Positions 1 through 9,929 of a stretch of DNA of 64,000 nt are shown here, in pieces. Position 1 is the stretch's first letter. Every line of letters begins with the position of its first letter. Both the position numbers and the translations under genes were made by a program. The notes below the pieces were generated by a model. That model ran no database searches and was not told the DNA's origin. It saw only the letters and a list, made by a program, of their open reading frames with translations. The stretch comes from an uncultured Chloroflexia bacterium (GTDB lineage Bacteria; Chloroflexota; Limnocylindria; Limnocylindrales; CSP1-4): NCBI GenBank assembly GCA_963738475.1, contig CAVTWU010000026.1, forward strand, positions 10,362-74,361. Reading direction: 5' to 3'.

Positions 1-490
1 GGCAATGAGACGACCCGCCACCTGATCTCGGGAAGTGCGGTCGCACTGCCGAGCATCCCGCTCAGAGGAAGCGGTGGGCGAAGGATCCGTCGTTGTCCGT
101 CGCCGCTGTCGAGGAATGTCTCCGCTGGGTGACTCCGATCAGGGCGTTCGCCCGAACCACAACGACCGATGTCGAGCTCGGCGGGCAATCGATCCCGCCG
201 GCGACTGGCTGGTGATGATGTACACCAGCGCGAATCGGGATGAATCGGTCTTCGGTCCCGATGCCGGCCACTTCGACATCGGCCGGGCAGTGAGCCAGTC
301 GCACCTCGCATTCGGATTCGGGGAGCACCTGTGCCTCGGAGCGAGCCTCGCCCGCCTCGAGGCCCGTGTGTTTCTCGACAGCTCCTCGCCCGATTCCCCG
401 ACTATGTGCTCGTGGGGGAGCCCGACGTGGACGAGGTCGACCCTCGTCCACGGGGTGCGCACCGTGCCGGCCATACTCAGCGCCACCTAG
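1..490 (+). CDS. Cytochrome P450, C-terminal part (5' end outside window; frameshifted)
   Basis: Stitched across frames: GNETTRHLISGS; AEHPAQRKRWAKDPSLL..EECLRWVTPIRAF (ExxR); AGDWLVMMYTSANRDESVFGPDAGHFDIGR..HLAFGFGEHLCLG (Cys heme-ligand loop); LLARFPDYVLVGEP; TRSTLVHGVRTVPAILSAT with stop at 488-490. About 4 frame hops. Confidence 0.85.
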
Positions 491-502
491 GAGGCTCGAC
501 CG

Positions 503-1063
503 ATGTGGCACGAGATCGCGGGAACACATTTCGGCCGGTGGTACGTGACGGTTTCGGCGTCTCGTTCCTCGTGTTCGCACTGCGGCACATCGGTGGACGG
601 CGAACCGCTGTCTATCGCGCTGCCGTCGTCGTCGGAGTCCTCGCCGAGAACGGATCGGTCCGCTACGGATTCCCCTATACCGGCTACAGCTCGATCCGAG
701 CCTCCACGGTGACGAGCTGTTCGTCGGTGACGTGCCGCTCATGGTGTCGCTCAGCTACACCTTCATGTCGTACTTCGCCTTGCGCCTCCACACAACTGAT
801 CGTCGGGGGGCCCTACCGCACGAGGTCGCGGCAACCGGTGCTCGAGTTCGCCGTTGCAGTGATGCCGCGACCTGGGCGCTGTGGGTGATCGATCCCATCA
901 GCCGGCTCGGTCGCTTCTTCTTCCTCGGCCACTCTTCCGATACGACGGTCCCGGTTTCTGGTTCGGGCTGCCGCTCGGCTCGCAGGTCGGGTTCGCCGGC
1001 ACTTCGGCGATCCTCATCGGCGTCCTGACCTGGCTCGAGCGCGACGACCGGCTGAGCCGGTGA
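503..1063 (+). CDS. Membrane protein resembling the carotenoid-biosynthesis (DUF422-type) family, frameshifted
   Basis: Fragments in three frames: VGVLAENGSVRYGFPYTGY; VPLMVSLSYTFMSYFALRL; WALWVIDPISRLG; FRYDGPGFWFGLPLGSQVGFAGTSAILIGVL. The family call is from memory of Caroten_synth-type proteins. Start uncertain. Confidence 0.4.
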
Positions 1064-1341
1064 ACGACTCGGGAACATCCGCGTGTCCGGCGTTGGGCGA
1101 CTCCGTTGGCCAGGTGCTGTTCATGACGGGAACGGCATTCGTCGTGGCCCGGACATCGGGCAACGCGGCGGCTGCCGCGATGGCCGACTCGCTCGCCGGT
1201 GCCACCTTCATCGTCGGCGTCCCGATGGGGCTGATGGTCGCGGTCTACTGGCGCTCGCTCACTGACTCACGACCCCACCCCAACCGAACTCGGCGTGATC
1301 CACCACCAGAAATGACGCTTTTCACGCCGAGAACGGGGTAG
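1060..1341 (+). CDS. Hypothetical small membrane protein
   Basis: ORF 1060-1341 with a GTGA overlap on the upstream stop. Hydrophobic spans VLFMTGTAFVVA and ATFIVGVPMGLMVAVYW. No family recognised. Confidence 0.3.
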   Translation: MNDSGTSACPALGDSVGQVLFMTGTAFVVARTSGNAAAAAMADSLAGATFIVGVPMGLMVAVYWRSLTDSRPHPNRTRRDPPPEMTLFTPRTG

Positions 1342-1367
1342 GCGGTCTGATAGGGATCGGTCGGGGA

Positions 1368-2147
1368 TCAGGCGAGCAGGTTGATCGTCGTGAGCAGGAA
1401 CCCACGGAGGCGGGCGATGTTCTCGTCGAAGAACTTGAAGACGGCCTCCGGGGTGACGGGCTGGATCGTCGGATCGCCGTCGAGCCCGGAGTCGTAATCG
1501 GTGACCAGGCCCACCGACGCGTAGGGGAGACCGGCTTCTCGGGCGAGAGCGGCCTCAGGGCACTGGGTCATGTTGACGAGGTGCCAGCCGGAGGTGGAGA
1601 ACGAGGCTGATTCGGCGCGCGTGGAGAACCACGGGCCGTTGACGGCGACCACGGTCCCTCCATCGTGGACGGGTAGCCCCAGACCGGTGGCGGCCTCCAC
1701 GATCGTTCGCCGGAGGCCCGGGTCGTACCGGTCGGCCATCGTCGCGTGGTTCGGCCCACCGGTGAAGTCGTCGAAGAAGGTGCTCTCGCGGCCCCAGGTC
1801 CGATCGACGAACTGGTCGACCACCACGAAATCGCCGGGTGCCATCTCCCATTTCAGGGACCCGCAGGCGAACGGCGCTATGACGGCAGTCGCGCCGATGG
1901 TGGCCAATGCGTCGATGTTGGCGCGGTAGTTCACCCGATGGGGAGGGAGATGGTGACCGGTGCCGTGCCGGGGTAGGAACGCGACCCGGGTGCCGCCGAC
2001 CCAGCCGACGGAGAGCGGCGAGGACGGGTTCCCCCAGGGCGTTGTGATCTCCACCGAGGTCACGTCGTCGAGCAGGGAGTAGAGGCCGGATCCGCCGAAG
2101 ACGCCCACGGTCACGGCTGAGTTTCCTGGGTGCCATGCGCCCATCAT
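1368..2147 (-). CDS. mtnP: S-methyl-5'-thioadenosine phosphorylase
   Basis: Intact 259-aa ORF. VGVFGGSGLYSL, FLPRHGTGHHLPPHRVNYRANI and VVAVNGPWFSTRAES..WHLVNMT are typical MTAP/PNP strings. Confidence 0.9.
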   Translation of the reverse strand: MMGAWHPGNSAVTVGVFGGSGLYSLLDDVTSVEITTPWGNPSSPLSVGWVGGTRVAFLPRHGTGHHLPPHRVNYRANIDALATIGATAVIAPFACGSLKWEMAPGDFVVVDQFVDRTWGRESTFFDDFTGGPNHATMADRYDPGLRRTIVEAATGLGLPVHDGGTVVAVNGPWFSTRAESASFSTSGWHLVNMTQCPEAALAREAGLPYASVGLVTDYDSGLDGDPTIQPVTPEAVFKFFDENIARLRGFLLTTINLLA

Positions 2148-2166
2148 CGCCGACCGATCACCGATC

Positions 2167-3022
2167 GTGGGTTCTGTCGAGGGCTACGATTCGGCCATGC
2201 GCCCGCTCCCTCGTTTCCGTTGGTCACCGATTGACGTGGTCCGTCCTGCCGTGATCGTCTGTCTGTGTGTACTCACGGCATGCGGGAACACGGACGTGAG
2301 CACCCGAGACACCGGCGAGGCGTCGCTCGCCGGGACGTCGTGGATCCTCGACTCGTACGCCTCGACGACGGGCGACACGGTTGATGCGGCCGTTGGCTCG
2401 GCGGCCACCCTCGAGTTCGACGCGGATGACACGATCTCCGGGTCGACCGGCTGCAACCGGTTCGGCGGCGGCTACTCAGAGGATGGTGCCGACCTCACGG
2501 TTCGGCTCGGCGCAGTCACGCAGAGGGCGTGCGAGGAACCGGAGGTCAACGCGCAGGAGCAGGCCGTGCTCACGGGGTTGCCCACCGTGGAGAAGTGGTC
2601 GATCGGAAGACGACCCTCACGCTGAGTGGCTCGTCGGGGCAGGCCCTTCCGTCTATTCGAGTGTTCCCAGCGGTTTGCCGGGGACGGCGTGGACGGCGCG
2701 TCGAGATAACAACGGGGTCGGGGCAGTGGAATCCACGTCGCTCACTGAGGTGCTGACACTGCAGTTCGGCGCCGAGGGTGCCCTACGGGATTCGGCGGGT
2801 GCAACAACTACTCCGGGGAGTAGTGTCTGGTGGGCCACCGGACCTGGGCGATCTCGGGGATCGCGTCGACCAAGAAGGCCTGCGCGGAGGACGTCATGAA
2901 GCTCGAGACGGCATACATACCGCGTTGGGGAACACGACCACCTACAAGCGGGAGGGCACGACGTGAACCTGCGTGATTCCTCCGGTGCGACCCAGGCCAA
3001 CTTCGGCTCGACACCGGTGGGT
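2167..3022 (+). CDS. Tandem META-domain (HslJ-like) lipoprotein, frameshifted
   Basis: Lipobox LCVLTACGN. META unit 1: GTSWILDSY..GSTGCNRFGGGYSEDGADLTV..TQRACEEPE. After frame hops, unit 2: LPGTAWTA..LTLQFGAEGALRDSAGCNNYSG..ASTKKACAEDVMKLETAYI..TYKREGTT. At least 4 frame hops; 3' end approximate. Confidence 0.7.
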
Positions 3023-3047
3023 GACCGTAGTCCTGTAGTCTGCGAGT

Positions 3048-3443
3048 ATGAGACTTGAGATCACCAGGAAGGCCGATCTGGCCACGCAGGTGTTGCTGGC
3101 GCTCGGCCGACTCGATCACCGTGTGAAGTCACCGGAGCTGGCGGAGCTCGTGGGGACCACCCCCGGATTCCTCTCCCAGGTGATCGCACCACTCTCCCAG
3201 CGGGGCTGGGTGCGGTCCGATCCGGGGCCCACCGGCGGCTACCGGGCCGCCGTCGAGCTCGACGAGGTGAGCGTGCTCGATGTGATCGAGGCGGTCGAGG
3301 CCCCGACCGACACCGGGCGGTGTGTCCTGGAGGAGCGTGAGTGCGGGCGAGCGGGACCCTGCGTCCTTCACGTCGCATGGTCCGGGGCCGCGAGGTCACC
3401 TACTCGACGAGCTGGCCCGGACTCCGCTGTCGGGCATCGCTGA
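3048..3443 (+). CDS. Rrf2-family transcriptional regulator
   Basis: [60 protein letters not shown] is a winged-helix Rrf2 N-terminus. Cys cluster [14 protein letters not shown]. The C-terminal end may be frameshifted. Confidence 0.8.
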   Translation: MRLEITRKADLATQVLLALGRLDHRVKSPELAELVGTTPGFLSQVIAPLSQRGWVRSDPGPTGGYRAAVELDEVSVLDVIEAVEAPTDTGRCVLEERECGRAGPCVLHVAWSGAARSPTRRAGPDSAVGHR

Positions 3444-3458
3444 CCCGGGAGCAGTCGG

Positions 3459-3667
3459 ATGACCGATGGCCCGATCCCGGTCCGGTCCGTGTCCGGCTGC
3501 ACCCGGCGCTGTGCGAGGGGTGGGGCGAGTGTCACCGCTGGGCCGGACACATCTACCCGCTGGACGACGAGGGGAAGGTCGACGTCCACCTGCTCGAGGT
3601 GCCCGGTGAGCTCGCCGAGGATGCGTCGCTGCGCGCGTTCGTGTGCCAAAACACGCGATCACGCTGA
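3459..3667 (+). CDS. Small ferredoxin (frameshifted)
   Basis: ATG 3459, then a hop to [45 protein letters not shown]. Adding one C at about 3646 turns CQNTRSR-stop into CPKHAIT, a typical ferredoxin ending. The true stop is probably somewhat beyond 3667. Confidence 0.65.
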
Positions 3668-3721
3668 TCGGACCCCCCGACGAGTACTGGATCGCCCGCC
3701 GACAACGCCGAAGCGAGCAAC

Positions 3722-3935
3722 GTGACCACCCGGCCAAACCGTGAGCGAACGATCGAGCCCTTGATCGGTCCGCCGTCCCCAGCGAGCACGGCGGTTGGGG
3801 GCTCACGCTTGAACCGGTGCTGCTCGGCCTCATCGTGGCGTCGAGTGGCGCCGAGTTTACTCTCGGCCTGGCCGCGTTCGTCGGATTCGTCGCTCGCACT
3901 CCGCTCAAGGTGGTTCTCGTCGACGTGTCGCGGTT
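3722..3935 (+). pseudogene. YwiC-like membrane protein, N-terminal stub only
   Basis: GTG 3722 [16 protein letters not shown], then a hop to [50 protein letters not shown]. This resembles the N-terminus of YwiC-like proteins (from memory). Only about 70 codons precede the collision with the ettA remnant. Confidence 0.4.
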
Positions 3936-5149
3936 CTCGGGCGACAGGTCGTCGCGACTCTGGTCCACGTAGCTCAGCTGCACGGTATCGCCGATCTGGA
4001 TCGTGCCGGCGTCGGCCTTCTCCTGGCCCATGATCATCCGGAAGAGCGTCGTCTTGCCGGCGCCGTTGGCCCCGATGATCCCCACGATCCCGGCCTTCGG
4101 CAGCGAGAACGTCAGGCCATCGATGAGCAGCTTGTCGCCGAAGGCCTTTCGCAGGTCCTTGACCTCGATGACGGTGTCGCCGAGCCGCGGTCCGGGCGAG
4201 ATGGCGATCTCGAGCTCGCGCTCGTTGGTCTTGTCGGCGCTCGCCTCGGCGAGTAGCTTCTCGTACGCCCCGAGGCGAGCCTTGCCCTTGGACTGGCGGG
4301 CGCGAGGCGACAGGCGGACCCACTCGAGCTCGCGGGCGAGCGTCCGCTGGCGGGCGTCGGTCGCCTTCTCCTCGCGGCCCATCCGCGCGAGCTTCTGCTC
4401 GAGCCAGCTCGAGTAGTTGCCCTCGAACGGCAGGCCGCGACCGTGGTCCAGCTCCAGGATCCACTGCGCGACGTTGTCGAGGAAGTACCGGTCGTGGGTG
4501 ATCGCGACGACCGTGCCCGAGTACTCCTGGAGGAACCGCTCCAGCCAGTACACGGACTCGGCATCGAGGTGGTTCGTGGGCTCGTCGAGCAGCAGCAGGT
4601 CCGGGTGCTTCAGGAGCAGCCGGGCGAGCGCCACGCGACGCTTCTCGCCACCGGACAGGGTCGTGACGATCGGCGTCGTCCGGCGGACAGCGGAGCGCGT
4701 CCATCGCGATGTCGACGTTGCGCTCGAGGTTCCAGGCGTCGGCGGCGTTGATCTTGTCCTCGAGCGCGGCCTGTTCGGCGCCGATCGCGTCGTAGTCGGC
4801 GTCCGGTTCGGCCCACTTGGCCATGACGGCGTTGTAGGCGTCGATGAGCGAGTGGACCTCGGCGACGCCGTCCATGACGTTGCCCTTGACGTCCTTGGTG
4901 GGGTCGAGCTCGGGTTCCTGGCTCAGGTAGCCGACGGTGAAGCCGGGCGTCAGCCGGGCCTCGCCGGTGAACCCGTCATCGAGGCCGGCCATGATCTTGA
5001 GCAGGCTGGACTTGCCGGCCCCGTTGGGGCCGATGACGCCGATCTTCGCGCCCGGGTAGAACGAGAGGCGAGATGTTCTCCAGGACCGTCCGGTCGGGCG
5101 GGTAGTGGCGGGCGAGCTTGTACGTGGAGTAGATGAATTCAGCGGGCAT
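3936..5149 (-). pseudogene. ettA: ABC-F translation factor EttA, 3'-truncated and frameshifted
   Basis: [131 protein letters not shown] similarity then stops in all frames. The NBD2 signature, Walker B and H-loop are missing. Confidence 0.85.
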
Positions 5150-5167
5150 GGGGAAAGGGTAGCGGGC

Positions 5168-6594
5168 CTACGGATCGCCCGTCCGGTAGTAGTCCCAGCC
5201 GCGAAGCCAGGCGCGCCGGGTATGGCCGTCGATGACGGTATCGAAGCGCATCCGCTCCGGGCCCAGCCGGTCGTCGCCGACGCGGAACCAGCCGCCGGCC
5301 ATCGCGTGAGAGCGGCTGCTCGTCCTTCGAAGCCGTCCGGCTCGGATGGGAAGAGCAGCCACGGCTCGGCGCCGCGGAGGACGACGCGGAAGTTGGTCGT
5401 CCACGGATCGTGGCTGCGGTAGTGCCGACGATCGCCTTGAGGGCCGGATCGGCGTCGGGATCGGGCGGGGCCGGCGGTTCGGCGCCTTCGAGATCGCCTC
5501 GGCCTCCTCGGCCGCATCGGCGGCCGCCTGCGCGGCCAGGATCGTCGTCGAATTCGGCGGCTGGATCGCGGCCGGCGCGAGCCGCCGCGACGACCCTGAT
5601 GACCTGCCAGCCAGGCGGTTCGGCCCGTGGCCCGGCCCGTTCTGGAGCACGACTGCCCCGAGGCCGGCCTCGGGTCGCACCAGAGCCCGGCGATGTACCG
5701 ACCATCCCGCCGGTGTGGCCGATCAGTCGCCGCCGCCACCGAGGTCGCGCCCGTAGATCCCGAGCGCGTACCCGTAGGCGCCGATCGCGGGCACGGGCGC
5801 TCGTCATCTCCGCGAACGACGCCGCGGAGATGAGCGGTCGGCCATCGCGCCCTCGGCTTCAGCAGCATCCGCGCGAACATCGCCATGTCCGCGGCCGTGG
5901 ACGCGATGGCGCCGTCCGCGGTGTCGGTCTCGAGCCACGTGGCCGGGAGCAGCGGATCGCCCTCGGTCCATGGGACGTCGTCGCGGGCCGGCTCGTAGCC
6001 CGACGGCCAGCCGCGACCGGATGTCGTTCGTGATGGCTGGCTCGCTCGACGACATCCCGAGCGGCTCGAGCACGCGACGCCGCACGACGTCGGGTACGGC
6101 GCGCCTTCGATCGCCTCGATCGATCAGCCCGATCGCCTTGAACCCGACGTTCGAATAGTGGAACCGCGGCCCGGCGCCGACCCGGGTGGCACGTCGCGAA
6201 GCCGCCAGACATTGAACGTCGGCTCGGGCGACCCGTCGATGCCGGCCGTGATCCCCGCGGTGTGGCTCAGCAGGTGCCGGATCGTGATCCGCTCGCCGGT
6301 CCGCGGCACCTTGAACCACGGCAGGTGCCGCACGACCGGATCGTCCAGCCGCAGCCGGCCCTCCTCGACGAGCTGCATGACGATGATCGCCGCGAACGTC
6401 TTGCCGATCGACCCGATCTCGAACAGGTGCTCCGGCTCGACCGGGCGCCTGGTCGCGACCTCCGCGTAGCCGTACTGGCGGTCGAAGAGCAGCCCGTCCC
6501 GATCCGTGACGGCCAGGACCAGCCCCGGGATGGACCCGTCGGCCCGCAGCGATTCGATGTGGGCGTCGATGGCGGCGATCGCGTCGTCCAGCAT
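5168..6594 (-). CDS. Beta-lactamase-related serine hydrolase, frameshifted
   Basis: ATG 6594 MLDDAIAAIDAHI. FEIGSIGKTF (SxxK), FHYSNVGF (YxN), LIGHTGGMVG (HTG). C-terminus GGWFRVGDDRLGPERMRFDTVIDGHT. Stitched from at least 5 frame segments. Confidence 0.8.
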
Positions 6595-6690
6595 CGGGAC
6601 ATGATGACGGTTTGCCCGCGGTCTCGGCCGGGACGAGGTTGTTGGAACGATTGACAGCACGTGCGAGTCAAGCGCACATTTTCGTACATC

Positions 6691-6926
6691 ATGATGACGA
6701 GTGCGAGCGCTGAAGCGAGACTGCGCGCAGGAACCAACTGACCCTGCGGACGCCGTGATGACTATCGGCGGGATCGTGAAGGCGATCGCTTCGTCGTCGA
6801 GGTGGAGGCCGGAGATCTCGACAGGGTCCGACTGCACCGGATCCGTCCAGCTACGCCGGAGCCCTTCGAGGGATCTACGGTGACCCGGATGCGTACCTGG
6901 AGACGGAGCGCGAGAGCTGGGAGTAG
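6691..6926 (+). CDS. AbrB/SpoVT-type antitoxin (VapB-like), heavily frameshifted
   Basis: ATG 6691 MMTSASAEARLRAG; NQLTL; REGDRFVVEVEAGDLDRVRLHRIRP; SYAGALRGIYGDPDAYLETERESWE with stop at 6924-6926, 2 nt before the PIN start. Needs about 4 frame hops. The middle part is uncertain. Confidence 0.5.
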
Positions 6927-6928
6927 CT

Positions 6929-7495
6929 GTGGCCACGACCCCGCTCGAATCCGTCATCCGGCCTGGCGCTTCGTTGCTCCTCGACAGTTCCGTCGTGCTG
7001 GCCTATCTGACGGGTGAAGAGGCCGGAAGCGAGCTTGCCGTGGAGCTGTTCGACTCGATGGTCGCGACCGGCAGGAATCCCGCGCTCATCTCGGCCGTGA
7101 CCGTGCAGGAGATCCTGGTCCGGCCGTTCCGGCGCGGGACCGCCGCCGTGGCGACGGCCGAGGGGTTCCTCGGCCACTTCACGGGGCTTCGCGTCGTCGA
7201 CGTGGGCTACGAGATCGCGCGTGAGGCCGCCCGGATCCGCGCGGCGACCGCCCTTCGGACACCAGATGCACTCATCCTCGCATCGGCCGGGTTCGCCTCC
7301 GTCGACGTATTCGTCACGGATGACAAGCGGCAGCGAGACGCCGCGCACACGGTCGTACCTGACCTCAGCGTCGTGGTCCTCCGCGAGATCGGCACGGATC
7401 CCGAGGACGATCAGGATCGAGCCTATGCCGAGGCTGCCCTTGCGGAGTATCGACGCGACGGCGGGATACCGGCCGACACGATCCCGCGGTCCTGA
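6929..7495 (+). CDS. PIN-domain toxin (VapC family)
   Basis: Intact 188-aa ORF (GTG 6929). PIN acidic residues in context: [12 protein letters not shown] (D), [11 protein letters not shown] (E), [11 protein letters not shown] (D), VFVTDDKR (D). Confidence 0.75.
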   Translation: MATTPLESVIRPGASLLLDSSVVLAYLTGEEAGSELAVELFDSMVATGRNPALISAVTVQEILVRPFRRGTAAVATAEGFLGHFTGLRVVDVGYEIAREAARIRAATALRTPDALILASAGFASVDVFVTDDKRQRDAAHTVVPDLSVVVLREIGTDPEDDQDRAYAEAALAEYRRDGGIPADTIPRS

Positions 7496-7504
7496 GCCTC
7501 GGCC

Positions 7505-8459
7505 TCACAACGTCGGCGGCAACCCGAAGGCCGGGAACAGCTCGATGCCGAACGTCGTGATCTCCGCGATCTGCCCGTCCTGGATGCGCAGGACATCGAA
7601 CTTGAACGCGCGGAAGATCGTGTCGCCGGGCTTGCGCAGGTAGCTCGCCGCGGTCGGCATGCGGTTGGCGACCGTCGGCACGAGTCGCCACTCGCCCTCG
7701 CGCAGGGCGTTCGCGAGCAGCGGACCGATGTTGTCCAGCCCGTCGAACAGGAACGGGTTCGGCGGCATCGTGACCCGCAGGTCCTGCGCCGCGATCGACA
7801 CGGCCAGGGCGGCATCGCCTCGCTCGTGCGCCTCGATGAACTTCGCCAGGAGCGCTCGCTCGGCGTCGTTCGGCTCGCCGGCGGACCACTCGGAGCGCTT
7901 CGCCGGCAGGTGCTCGGACATCGTGGCTCGCGCCCGCTGCAGCGCGCTGTTGACGGCCGGCACGCTCGTCTCCAGCAGCGCCGCGGTCTCGATCGCGGAC
8001 CAGTCCAGCACGTCCCGGGCGATCAGCGCGGCCCGTTGGCGCGCGGGCAGCAACTGGAGCGTGGCCAGGAACGCCAGTTCGATGGTCTCGCGCTTGACGG
8101 CCAGGGCGTCCGGTTGATCGTCGGCCGGGGCCGCCGGCGCGACCTCGTCGAGCAGCGCATCCGGGTACGGCTGCAGCCAGGGGATCTCCGCGAACGAGTG
8201 CATCGCCGACACTCGCCGCGACTCCCTGCCGGATGGCATCCAGGCACACGTTCGTCGCGATCTTGTACAGCCACGCCCGGAACAGCGACGACCCATCGAA
8301 CGTGTCGCGCGCCCGCCACGCCCGCAGGAACGTCTCCTGGACCGCATCCTCGGCCGCGTCGAACGACGCGAGCATCCGGTAGCAGTGGACGTGCAGTTCG
8401 CGTCGATGGGGCTCGGCGAGCCCCTCGAACGCGGCTTCGGTCGCCATCGCGGCAGTCAT
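7505..8459 (-). CDS. ECF sigma factor with C-terminal SnoaL/NTF2-like extension
   Basis: Region 2: [42 protein letters not shown]. Region 4: [41 protein letters not shown]. Tail of about 140 aa ([31 protein letters not shown]). One frameshift near 8220. Confidence 0.8.
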
Positions 8460-8483
8460 CGGCCCGACCTCGACGCGCCGCGC

Positions 8484-8903
8484 TCAGGCGTGCGCCGCGG
8501 CGTACCCGACTTCCTGGATCAGCCAGGTGTTGCCGTCCGGATCCTTGAGCTCCATGAACGTGGAGTAGTCGACGTGGTTCTCGTCGACGCCCGGGGTGGG
8601 CTGTCCGGCGACGTCGTAGTGGAACGCCTCGCCGATCGCCACGCCACGCCCGACCAGCTCGGCGCGGGCCGCGGCGATGTCCGTGACCACCAGGTGCAGG
8701 CCGTGCAGGGAGCCCGGCTCCATCGGCGAGGTCTTCATCATCGCGATCGCGCACGACGAGCCGTGCGGCGAGAGCTGGACGATGCGGAAGTCGCCGGCCG
8801 TGTGGTCGACGACGATGTCGAAGCCGCACTGGTCCACGTAGAACGCCTTCGAGCGGTCGATGTCGGCGACGGGGACGACGATGAGTTCGAGCTTGTAGTC
8901 CAC
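8484..8903 (-). CDS. VOC (glyoxalase/bleomycin-resistance) family protein
   Basis: Intact 139-aa ORF. MDYKLELIVVPVADIDRSKAFY..HLVVTDI..ELKDPDGNTWLIQE. Confidence 0.8.
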   Translation of the reverse strand: MDYKLELIVVPVADIDRSKAFYVDQCGFDIVVDHTAGDFRIVQLSPHGSSCAIAMMKTSPMEPGSLHGLHLVVTDIAAARAELVGRGVAIGEAFHYDVAGQPTPGVDENHVDYSTFMELKDPDGNTWLIQEVGYAAAHA

Positions 8904-8976
8904 GGTGCGGTCTCCTCGGGTGGATCGGCCAGGGTGGCCGGTCGTCTGTCAGCTGTAACGACGGAGCGCGACCGAA

Positions 8977-8998
8977 ACTCATCGGTCCACCGATGAGT
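8977..8998 (-). terminator. Perfect hairpin between the ABC operon and the VOC-sigma operon
   Basis: actcatcggt-cc-accgatgagt with 10-bp arms. It lies between the ABC ATPase stop (9042) and the VOC start (8903). It could equally be an operator. Confidence 0.4.
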
Positions 8999-9041
8999 CT
9001 CGGAGATCGGTCCGCGCCGTCCGCGCCGGCCGTCGCCTGGA

Positions 9042-9929
9042 TCAGGGATGCAGGAACCGGTTCAGGAACGTCCGCGTGCGCTCGTCGGTCGGGTTCGACA
9101 GCACCTGCTCCGGCGGCCCGATCTCGACGAACTGGCCGTCGTCCATGAAGTAGACCCGGTCCGCGGCCTCGCGCGCGAAGGCCATCTCGTGGGTGACGAC
9201 GATCATCGTCCGGCCCTCGTGGGCCAGGGTCTCCATGACCTTGAGCACCTCGCCGACGAGCGACGGATCCAGCGCGCTCGTGGGCTCGTCGAACAGGAGC
9301 ACGTCCGGCTCCATGGTCAGGGCCCGGGCGATCGCGACGCGCTGGCGCTGGCCGCCGGACAGCCGCGACGGGTACTCGTCGCGCTTGTCGCTGAGGCCGA
9401 CCTTGGCGAGGTTCTCCTCGGCGAGCTTCGTGGCCTTCGCCCGGTCCATCTTCTTCACGTGGATGGGTGCCTCGACCAGGTTGCCCAGCACCGACAGGTG
9501 CGGGAACAGGTTGAACTCCTGGAACACCATCCCGGCGTGCAGCCGGAGCTGTCGGATCTGCTCGACGCCCGGCCCGGTCCCGCCGCTTGAGCGGCTGGGC
9601 GCCCGACGACGATGTTGTTGACGTCGACGACGCCCGGCGGTCGGCTCCTCGAGGAAGTTGAGGCAGCGCAGGAACGTGCTCTTGCCACTCCCCGAACGGC
9701 CCAGGATCGTGACGGTCTCGCCCGGGTAGACCGTCATGGAGCAGCCCTTGAGCACGTGGTGCTCGCCGAAGTGCTTCTCGATGTCGGTGGCGCGGACGAT
9801 CGGCACGGCGCCCGGCTTGACCAGCTTGCCGGGCACCTCGGCCGGGTGGCGGCCGTGCTCGAGCGCGAGCGACGAGTCGAACGAGAGCGTCGAGTCGAAC
9901 GACGGCGCGGGATCGATCGGCGTCGTCAT
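9042..9929 (-). CDS. Polar amino-acid ABC transporter, ATP-binding protein
   Basis: Walker A GRSGSGKST, Q-loop MVFQEFNLFPHLSV, signature LSGGQRQRVAIARAL, Walker B LLFDEPTSALDP, H-loop VVTHEM. Compensating frameshift pair around 9590-9640. Confidence 0.9.
   Translation of the reverse strand: MTTPIDPAPSFDSTLSFDSSLALEHGRHPAEVPGKLVKPGAVPIVRATDIEKHFGEHHVLKGCSMTVYPGETVTILGRSGSGKSTFLRCLNFLEEPTAGRRRRQQHRRRAPSRSSGGTGPGVEQIRQLRLHAGMVFQEFNLFPHLSVLGNLVEAPIHVKKMDRAKATKLAEENLAKVGLSDKRDEYPSRLSGGQRQRVAIARALTMEPDVLLFDEPTSALDPSLVGEVLKVMETLAHEGRTMIVVTHEMAFAREAADRVYFMDDGQFVEIGPPEQVLSNPTDERTRTFLNRFLHP

Noticed and set aside
3740-3935. Weak resemblance of a minus-strand frame (..[16 protein letters not shown]..) to the EttA FNFKG..VLSGGERNR segment
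   Set aside because: Only a few positions match, and the rest of that frame is unlike ABC-F. The plus-strand frame gives a coherent hydrophobic membrane-protein N-terminus instead.
3553-5886. 777-aa minus-strand ORF read as one protein
   Set aside because: It is a chimera of frames. Its middle is genuine EttA. Its N-terminal part is an out-of-frame read-through of the serine hydrolase. Its C-terminal part is antisense to the ferredoxin/YwiC region.
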